Source of the DNA: a virus
Taxonomy: Duplodnaviria; Caudoviricetes
Virus record (IMG/VR): IMGVR_UViG_3300001594_000003
Span: 84,992-148,991 of that record
Reading direction: 5' to 3' (one strand)
Length of the DNA: 64,000 nt
Shown here: piece after piece, positions 57,235-64,000 of the stretch
How the letters are laid out: every line of letters begins with the position of its first letter
How positions within the stretch are numbered: position 1 is the first letter of the stretch
Notes under the pieces: model-generated
Database searches by the model: none
Told to the model about the DNA's origin: nothing
Seen by the model: the letters and a program-made list of their open reading frames with translations, nothing else
Translations under genes and position numbers: made by a program

Positions 57235-57953
57235 CCTCCGAGAGATGGTGCGAAGAATCGATCCAAGTCTTCCTGCGTTGTGGTGAAGAATGACATTACG
57301 GATACGTTGATGGTCACGCCGATCGGGTTACCACTAGCGTCGAACTGGGTATCGAACGTTTCCGTAACGTTGTCGATGATACACGGACTCATCGTGAAGA
57401 ATTTGCCGATGTTGACTGTGATCAAGTCACCGGCTACACCACCTGCGTTTGGTAGACGCATGTACGGACCCGGTGCACGAAGGAACTGATCGCCGTACTC
57501 ACTCGGTGCGACCAACTTCATAAGATCGCGCATCTTCTTGACCACTTCTTCGCGTGGATTCTCATACGCTTGAATAACGAACGGAATATCCAGTTTCATC
57601 ATAGAACCGCCGGTCCACACAGCACCAGACAGCCACTTGTTCAATGTCGTGAAACCGGTGGCTGCTGTTACACCGGTAGAACCCAAGTCAACTGCTTTAC
57701 CGAAGCCGCCACCCATGCCGCCTGCAATGTTGGACAACGGTTGGTTGAACGGGTTGTCCCAGGAAGTAGCAAGCGAGAGCATGTAGTTCTCTGGTAGTGG
57801 CGTGTCGATGCGGAGATATTCTGCACCGTCGCGATGTACCATCAGTTCCGCTCTGTAGATATCTGGGACGTTTGGTTTGACTGCACCAACACGACCTGCG
57901 GAGTTCTCTGCGAACAGCAAGCCGCCTGGGTGCATACTTCCTATTTCGGCCAT
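57231..57953 (-). CDS. baseplate/tail-tube junction protein (gp48-like)
   Basis: position in module; IG.FF....CII..V...FD...G.P....V pattern. Confidence 0.5.
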   Translation of the reverse strand: MAEIGSMHPGGLLFAENSAGRVGAVKPNVPDIYRAELMVHRDGAEYLRIDTPLPENYMLSLATSWDNPFNQPLSNIAGGMGGGFGKAVDLGSTGVTAATGFTTLNKWLSGAVWTGGSMMKLDIPFVIQAYENPREEVVKKMRDLMKLVAPSEYGDQFLRAPGPYMRLPNAGGVAGDLITVNIGKFFTMSPCIIDNVTETFDTQFDASGNPIGVTINVSVMSFFTTTQEDLDRFFAPSLGG

Positions 57954-60900
57954 TAGATGAACCCCGTCTGCAACAGCACAAGCCCGTTATCCATGATAAC
58001 TGCAGGTGCTTCTGCGATTGTTTGTCGAATAGAGTTGCCTTCCGATACACCCTTAGAGGATATACGTTGCTGCGGACCCTTGAAACGCTCCGGCATCATC
58101 GTGTCTTGGCGCTTCGGTTCAATCATCATCACGCTCTTGACAGGCTCGTACTGCTGGCGCTGAACAGGCTCGGCGTATCCGCCAGTAGACTTCACCGAAG
58201 GTGCTTGTCCTTGAGATTGTGTAGACGATACCGTTGAAGCTGTAGTCGTTGCTTGAACGGCAGAAGCCTGAGGCGATACGTCAGAGTCCTTATAGTACGC
58301 AGGGTTGGCTGGACTTGAAGTTGGCGTAGATATGGTCTCAGCAGAAGGCGCAACCACAGGAGCTGCATTCTGCACAGCAGGTAACGTGCGCCCCGGAGGT
58401 GCAGCAGTCACAACAGGCGACTGACTCGTAGTAGGCAACGGTATGTTGGATACTGGAGCGCCTGACATTGCAGCAGCTTGAATCGCTTGAGCTTCCGAGT
58501 AGCCGGACATAATCGTTGAAGCCCAACCTTCAGGCATACCCATACCCAAAAGACCAGTCATCAACCCACCTGCGAGTCCTGCTCCAGTAGGCATAGCACT
58601 CGAAAGCATAGACGACATATCACCGGGCGTTTGAGGCACAGCAGAAGCTAATGCACCGGCAGTCGGTATCGAAGCAGTGGCGGAGGCGATTGAATCTGCC
58701 GTTGCTTTCTTGGCCTCTGCTACAGCCGCTGCTGGCTCACCCTTCAAGGGTGCTACCGCTTGCTGTATTGCCGCGTCAACGTTTGCCATAGCTTTCGCAG
58801 CGTCGGTGGCAGTCTGATCTTTTGCCGGAGTCTCAGGCATCTTCATCATCAACGGCACAGCACCTGCTACTGGTGCAGCAGACTTTGCAGCTTCGGCAGC
58901 AGCTTGTTCTTCAGGTGTACCCATAGCTGCATCATAGACAGCACCGCCAGCTTCGCTGCCTCCCCAGTAACCGAGGCCACCTCCGATCAGACCACCAATG
59001 AATGCACCCGGTACCGCACCAACTCCGAAGAAGAATGAACCCACAGCAGCACCGGCAGCAGCACCAGCGCTTGCGCCTGCACTAGCGCCAGCCATACCTC
59101 CGCCGGTCTCCGACAATGCACGCTCTTTCTCAGCTTGAGTGGCTTCCTCATCGTTTATGATTTCATAGGCATCATAAGCGCCGAGCATGACGTTGGCGCC
59201 AGGCAGCGCACGTCCTACTGTTTTAGCTCCAGTCTTAACTGCACCTTTAACGCCAGCATTAACTGCCGTCTTCTCTGCGGTCTTAACTGCACCCTTCTCA
59301 ACGCCAGTAGTGGCAGAGGAAGTAGGTGTAGGCAGCGCAGGGGTAGTTGGTGTAACTACGGGCGAAGGTGTAGTCGGTGCAAGCGAAGGCGTAGTGGGTG
59401 TGCCGCGATTAGCCATCAACAGTGCGCCTGTGCCGGCAACAGCAGCACCTGCAGCGACTGCATCGCCAGTACCCGAATCGTTCGACGCCGGCATCATAGG
59501 TGACGTACTGGAAACAGTGGACATACCAGGCGCAGCGAGAGAAGCCATCGACTCGCCTTCAGCGGATGCCGCGGTAGCCGTCGCTACTGAATCTTCACCT
59601 GCCGCTTTCGCTTGCAACTCCTGCTGGTTAAAAGCAAGTAGCTGGGCCTTCTCCTTCTGGGCACGGTTCGCCACAGACTGCTGTATGTTGGGAGCAGACG
59701 AACGGAAGTATTGGCCAACGGTTGCGCTTTTGTAATCCTGCACTGTGGTGATGATATCCGCGTCGCTCATGTTGGCAACGTTTTTACCTTTCAGTGCATT
59801 GTTGATAACGCTAGTACCGGAACCGTACTGAACACCAGTGGAGTACAGCATTTCCTGCACGGCTTTCCCTTTTTTAGAGAAGTCCATGCCCGTGCCTTTA
59901 AGCACGTTGTTGACCATTGGTGCATAGTGTGTGCGATCAATGAATCCCTTTTGAGCTTTAGCGAACTCGGCCCCGCGTTCATTGGCTACTTGCTCGTACT
60001 TCTTGTTGAAGGCAGCCGAGCCTGGGGACATTCCCTGAAATTCAGCGGCAAAAGGCTGACCCTCAGGCGAACTGAGAAATTTAGCCATGGTGCCAGTCTT
60101 AGACGACAACTGATGGGCACCGTAACTAACACCGCCCGCATCACCTATGCCCGTGCTAATCTCATGCACACCACGAGCGGACTCGTTGCCTGCGCTGATA
60201 CTACCGAGGCCCTCATACGCTTTATACGTACCATAACCAGCAGCGGCGCCGGCGACAACCTTGCCAGTGGTAGTGCCGAGAAAGCGACTACCCATGTCCA
60301 TAGCAGCAGTAGCGAGACGCCCGCGCCAACCACCGCCTACTCTTGGGGTACGTCCAGGACGACTAGAAGGACTACTCGACGGAGAGCCGCTTCTGTTACT
60401 CATACGATCTTTGAGTCGATCTACCCAGCTACCGCCACGGTTACCACTACGGTTGTTACGGTTGTTACGGTTGTTACGATCACGACGATTGTTTCGACCG
60501 CCGCGATCACGACGGAACATATCACCCAAACCGCCGATACCACCAAGAGCGTCGCCTAGCATTTCGCCGAGCTTGTCCATCATGCCGTTTTTGGCTTGAC
60601 CGTTGACTTCCGCTGGACCATCGGCTTTGGAGAACTCTTGGTACTTCGGATCAATCTTCTTGGATTGAGCGACCATCAGATCAAGCATTTGCTCCATGGT
60701 GCCGTGAAGCTGCTTCATCGTGTGCGCCTGTTGCTGCGCAAGGTGAATCTGCTTGTCCATGCGTTCCGTTTGAGCGTCTTGCGACTGCACGAAATGCTGG
60801 TTGATGGTGCTTTGGTTGTGGTTGTTGTACTGCTTAACGGACTGCGCTTGAGGCTTCGAGAAGGAAGTCGGGGCTCGCGGTCCGCGTCCGTCTTGAACTT

Positions 60901-61006
60901 CAACCTCATCCATTTCTTGATTGGCCGCATCTTGCATCAGATCACTAGCTTTCTGATACTTTTGCGACGTAGCTTGCATAAGTTCGAGCGGAGACTTTTG
61001 AGCCAT
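57953..61006 (-). CDS. tape-measure-like protein with a lysozyme-fold peptidoglycan hydrolase domain
   Basis: Ala/Gly-rich with a glycine zipper; ES...STG.GD.GG.SYG.HQL and ST.VQYG. Confidence 0.7.
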   Translation of the reverse strand: MAQKSPLELMQATSQKYQKASDLMQDAANQEMDEVEVQDGRGPRAPTSFSKPQAQSVKQYNNHNQSTINQHFVQSQDAQTERMDKQIHLAQQQAHTMKQLHGTMEQMLDLMVAQSKKIDPKYQEFSKADGPAEVNGQAKNGMMDKLGEMLGDALGGIGGLGDMFRRDRGGRNNRRDRNNRNNRNNRSGNRGGSWVDRLKDRMSNRSGSPSSSPSSRPGRTPRVGGGWRGRLATAAMDMGSRFLGTTTGKVVAGAAAGYGTYKAYEGLGSISAGNESARGVHEISTGIGDAGGVSYGAHQLSSKTGTMAKFLSSPEGQPFAAEFQGMSPGSAAFNKKYEQVANERGAEFAKAQKGFIDRTHYAPMVNNVLKGTGMDFSKKGKAVQEMLYSTGVQYGSGTSVINNALKGKNVANMSDADIITTVQDYKSATVGQYFRSSAPNIQQSVANRAQKEKAQLLAFNQQELQAKAAGEDSVATATAASAEGESMASLAAPGMSTVSSTSPMMPASNDSGTGDAVAAGAAVAGTGALLMANRGTPTTPSLAPTTPSPVVTPTTPALPTPTSSATTGVEKGAVKTAEKTAVNAGVKGAVKTGAKTVGRALPGANVMLGAYDAYEIINDEEATQAEKERALSETGGGMAGASAGASAGAAAGAAVGSFFFGVGAVPGAFIGGLIGGGLGYWGGSEAGGAVYDAAMGTPEEQAAAEAAKSAAPVAGAVPLMMKMPETPAKDQTATDAAKAMANVDAAIQQAVAPLKGEPAAAVAEAKKATADSIASATASIPTAGALASAVPQTPGDMSSMLSSAMPTGAGLAGGLMTGLLGMGMPEGWASTIMSGYSEAQAIQAAAMSGAPVSNIPLPTTSQSPVVTAAPPGRTLPAVQNAAPVVAPSAETISTPTSSPANPAYYKDSDVSPQASAVQATTTASTVSSTQSQGQAPSVKSTGGYAEPVQRQQYEPVKSVMMIEPKRQDTMMPERFKGPQQRISSKGVSEGNSIRQTIAEAPAVIMDNGLVLLQTGFI
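60451..60477. repeat. 9-bp tandem repeat x3 (encodes NNR units)
   Basis: GGTTGTTAC repeated three times. Confidence 0.9.
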
Positions 61007-61015
61007 GACTTATTC

Positions 61016-61957
61016 CTACGCTAGTGGCTTAAACCCGTTCTTCCGCTCAGCCGCATCTTGCTTGTCCTTAGCAAGGCTACTGTAATTGAACAGGAACATC
61101 TTCGCAGGCATGCTCATATCCGGCTGTAATCCGAACTCAGCCAACATGCTGTATTGAATCTTGAAGATATCCTCTTCGGTGTTATCTGCGAAGAAGGTGA
61201 GGAGCCTAGGCGTTGTTGTATGTTCCCATCTATGATCACACACTCGGCAGCGCAGCTTCATTACCTCCATGATGCCATGGTGGTACGTCTTGCGAGCTTC
61301 CAGAATACGCTCATACAGATCATTGTCCGGCCTACTCATCAGGTAGATGAGCTTGGCTCGGAACGAGTTGCCACGCTTAACCCAACGGCAACACTCTGCC
61401 ATGTGCTTTTCGTGCGGAAACTCCTCGATGTGTGCGTGAAAGTCTGGTAGCGTTGCGACTCTCGGGAAATCTATATCTGGGTCTTCTATGTGGAGCTTGT
61501 TATCGTCCAGAGCTACAACAGGTGTGCGGTACTGGTTAACAATCTCCACGTTGTTGGTGTTGCACGTCTCCCACTCGATACCTTTAAGAGCCATATCCCG
61601 ATCACTGAGCTTTTCGCCAGTGTAGAATGTACGGTCCGACTTGTAGACTAGGTTGACTTGTCTGCACGTCCAGTTAACCAGCAGAGGAGCTTTGGGGTAA
61701 CTATGCAGGCGCAACCAAGCGAGAACGAACTCGAAGTCTCCGTCAGTCAGTTGGCGAACGTCTTGGTTCGCACATAGCTGAATGGCTCGTATAATGTGGT
61801 CGACAGGCTTTACCTTGCTGTGCATGCCAACATACAGCAGCTTCAACTCGGCAAGTTCAAACTCCCGAAGAAACAGGCTCTTGAACTCGTACGGTGCGAA
61901 GCCAGTAGGCAGATCGCCTATGTCTACGAAACGCGGGTCGAGTTCGGTCTTGTTCAT
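61016..61957 (-). CDS. baseplate hub assembly chaperone (T4 gp26/gp51-like)
   Basis: DLP..., LT.GDF...L.WLR.., FPR and C..C.H motifs; paralog of 61954..62739. Confidence 0.6.
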   Translation of the reverse strand: MNKTELDPRFVDIGDLPTGFAPYEFKSLFLREFELAELKLLYVGMHSKVKPVDHIIRAIQLCANQDVRQLTDGDFEFVLAWLRLHSYPKAPLLVNWTCRQVNLVYKSDRTFYTGEKLSDRDMALKGIEWETCNTNNVEIVNQYRTPVVALDDNKLHIEDPDIDFPRVATLPDFHAHIEEFPHEKHMAECCRWVKRGNSFRAKLIYLMSRPDNDLYERILEARKTYHHGIMEVMKLRCRVCDHRWEHTTTPRLLTFFADNTEEDIFKIQYSMLAEFGLQPDMSMPAKMFLFNYSSLAKDKQDAAERKNGFKPLA

Positions 61958-62739
61958 AGGAAGAATGCCTTGGGATCAACCACGAAGTTGAGTGCGTGCT
62001 TATGGCCGCAAGCATCACAGGCTTTCGTTACAGTGCGACGAATGCCGTGTTGGACGTCTCTCGAAGTTTCACACGCAACCTCAAACAGGTCGTTATCTTC
62101 GGAGTCCAACAGACGTTGAATGCGCTGCTGCAAGGTGCCGAACCCTTTGATCCACTGAGCAGCTTCTGCGAGCATGCCGTAGTCGGGATCGCGTTGCAGT
62201 TTCACAAACTCAGCCAACGTGGAACAGCGCGGGAAATCGAGACGTTCGTCCAACACCAGATTCTCATCCAGAAACACGGACTGAAACTCATTGAACTCTA
62301 GCTTCTGGTAGTTACCGTGGCTGCAAACGTAGCCGTCGAGAATGACCTCGTTCGGGTCTTTCATCTGCGTACGGGTTTCGTCATCTGCGGCTTCCCAGTT
62401 CTCAACCAGTGTCTTGATATCACGGGCAGAGAAGCGCTGACCGTCTTCACGATCTGCGAACATAGCACCTGGACATTCCCACTGTGCCATTACTGGATTG
62501 CGCTTGAGAGCATGGAGTCGCTGCCACGTGAGCAGGAAGAAGAAGTCGCCCGTAGTGAGGTCACCAACATCCAAGTTGACGAGTACCTGACCCATAGCTT
62601 CTACTGCAGGACCCATGTCGTCTAGCATGACAGACTTGGACAGCAGAGCTATTTGCTTGGGTCGAAACTCTTTGACCTCAATTTGCTTGACTGGATACGG
62701 ACGCAGACGAGAAGGGAGATTGGTGTCGTCGAAAATCAT
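61954..62739 (-). CDS. baseplate hub assembly chaperone (T4 gp26/gp51-like)
   Basis: LPSR..PY, LTTGDF..LL.WQR, FPR and CDACGH. Confidence 0.6.
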   Translation of the reverse strand: MIFDDTNLPSRLRPYPVKQIEVKEFRPKQIALLSKSVMLDDMGPAVEAMGQVLVNLDVGDLTTGDFFFLLTWQRLHALKRNPVMAQWECPGAMFADREDGQRFSARDIKTLVENWEAADDETRTQMKDPNEVILDGYVCSHGNYQKLEFNEFQSVFLDENLVLDERLDFPRCSTLAEFVKLQRDPDYGMLAEAAQWIKGFGTLQQRIQRLLDSEDNDLFEVACETSRDVQHGIRRTVTKACDACGHKHALNFVVDPKAFFL

Positions 62740-62752
62740 GGTTCATATTCCT

Positions 62753-63256
62753 TTAAATGGACAGCTTGACGCCATCGCAAGCGAAGTTTTGATGCACCTT
62801 GAGCAATCCATTTGTCGAGGTGTAGTTCATATCCCAGTTTGATTTCTGGGAAGGCCAGCAGTTCTTTGCAAGGGCCCGCAAGATTCGCCTATTGTTGTCA
62901 TCCAACAACTCAAACTCAAGATCGTACTTATAGTTTGTAGGCAGGTAATACGCACCCGTATCTGGATTGCGTATGCGTTCTTTCCAGAACGTTAACCACT
63001 TCAAGGTGCGCAAGCTAACGTCTTCGTAAAACTGACAGTCGAAAGCAGCGATTTCCTCAAAGCCTGGGTAATAAGTGAAAGTGCCTGCACCGAACAGCGG
63101 TTTGATGTTGAACGACGGGAACGGCAAGCTAACGGATTCGCAATAGTCTGTGTCTGCACCGAAAGGTAAGCTAGTGCAACGCCACTTCCATTCATGGATA
63201 GGACTTCTATCACCATCACGTCGTGAAATGAACGTTTGAATGTCATCGTATTGCAT
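62753..63256 (-). CDS. tail-tube-like protein (gp54-like)
   Basis: F.ED, W...I and NCWP motifs resembling the adjacent tube protein. Confidence 0.6.
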   Translation of the reverse strand: MQYDDIQTFISRRDGDRSPIHEWKWRCTSLPFGADTDYCESVSLPFPSFNIKPLFGAGTFTYYPGFEEIAAFDCQFYEDVSLRTLKWLTFWKERIRNPDTGAYYLPTNYKYDLEFELLDDNNRRILRALAKNCWPSQKSNWDMNYTSTNGLLKVHQNFACDGVKLSI

Positions 63257-63275
63257 ACGCTACCTCTTGAGAATG

Positions 63276-63312
63276 AAAAAGGGCCCTGAGCCCGTCTACC
63301 GAGCTAGGGCCC
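63276..63312 (-). terminator. intrinsic terminator after the tube gene
   Basis: GGGCCCT...AGGGCCC-TTTTT. Confidence 0.7.
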
Positions 63313-63318
63313 AATTCA

Positions 63319-63825
63319 TCACACGCGCTTGTAGTAGTCGTAAGCGAACGTGGCGTCAACGGTCATCGCAGTGCCGCCGCTACCATCGAACTGGGCGTCA
63401 GGTACTTCTGTCGGCCATACGTTGAAGATATCGTATTCCAGTGCCGTGTCACCAACCTGATCCACGATTGTCATACGTGCTTTGGTAGCGTAGTCGCGCT
63501 TGAAGCTACCGGACTGCGTGTCGGTGCTGCGGCAGAGTTCGGACCAGTCTTCCAGCGTGGTATTGATGATACCGTCGTAGGATTCATGGAACGAAATGCT
63601 CATGGAGTTGCTGAAGGTCTTACGAGCGGCGTGTACCGTCTTGTGACCAAACAGTTCCATTTCAGCCTGCTGTACAGACATACCGGGTTTGACGCCCGAC
63701 TTACACTGTACGCGAAGCTGTCGACCATCACCACCGCCAGGTACGCGAGTGAAGGTCAGTTCAAAGTTGTCGTTGAGCATCGGATCGCCGACGTTCAACA
63801 CCTCGTCAAGAGTAGGTTTTGGCAT
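63319..63825 (-). CDS. tail tube protein (T4 gp19-like)
   Basis: PG, G......R.TF, F.E, W, NVWPT.V and TFAYDY. Confidence 0.8.
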   Translation of the reverse strand: MPKPTLDEVLNVGDPMLNDNFELTFTRVPGGGDGRQLRVQCKSGVKPGMSVQQAEMELFGHKTVHAARKTFSNSMSISFHESYDGIINTTLEDWSELCRSTDTQSGSFKRDYATKARMTIVDQVGDTALEYDIFNVWPTEVPDAQFDGSGGTAMTVDATFAYDYYKRV

Positions 63826-63831
63826 GGCTCT

Positions 63832-64000
63832 TTACCTTGAAAGAATATCCACGAGAACAGCAAGAACTTTCTCGGATGAGTTTGAGTTGTGAATCTTCAG
63901 GCGTGCAAGGCCTTTACCGGAGGGATGCTTGAAGAACTCCGCAACCACTTCACCATCGACTGCAAGGAAATGCTTCGACGTAATGTCCATGTGTTGCGGA
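63832..64000 (-). CDS. partial hypothetical protein (3' end only)
   Basis: open frame ...DITSKHFLAV...VDILSR* ending just upstream of the tube gene. Confidence 0.45.
   Translation of the reverse strand, partial: PQHMDITSKHFLAVDGEVVAEFFKHPSGKGLARLKIHNSNSSEKVLAVLVDILSR

Noticed and set aside
35154-60559. Long + strand ORFs such as 35154..36155, 47194..48201, 49498..50334 and 59711..60559
   Set aside because: They are antisense shadows of better-supported minus-strand genes, with no motifs or RBS.
54417-63825. Bacterial T6SS, eCIS or tailocin locus
   Set aside because: The context is dense phage accessory genes; no T6SS membrane complex, ClpV or host housekeeping synteny is present.
1-64000. 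tRNA genes, retron or DGR reverse transcriptase, integrase
   Set aside because: No cloverleaf with a T-loop consensus in the intergenic gaps and no RT or recombinase motifs recognised in the ORF track; a tRNAscan and HMM run would confirm.

Overview
A 64-kb slice of a large myovirus (jumbo-phage-like) genome. The host is probably a Gammaproteobacterium such as Pseudomonas, inferred from the dcd and Arc/AmrZ-like protein sequences. Bases 1-10.8 kb (+ strand) carry tail-fibre-like genes, a GH5 hydrolase and a membrane/lysis cluster, ending at convergent terminators. Bases 11-54 kb (- strand) are a dense accessory and nucleotide-metabolism region: Nudix, HD, metallophosphoesterase, nucleotidyltransferase, TraR/DksA, DHFR, GH108 endolysin, DprA-like, DenV-like, dCTP deaminase and class II RNR. 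Bases 54-64 kb (- strand) are a contractile-tail module with hub, tape-measure-like protein, chaperones and tube. Best-supported highlights: a group I intron with a LAGLIDADG ORF inside the NPCCE active site of nrdJ, and three copies of an intergenic sigma70 promoter module, two of which bracket a Wzy-like polysaccharide gene. More speculative: a structured RNA hiding a perfect 11-nt Shine-Dalgarno, a T4-e-like hairpin over the endolysin RBS, a u-spanin candidate, a frameshifted homing endonuclease and an EF-Tu P-loop mimic. All family calls come from motif recognition by eye; no database searches were run.
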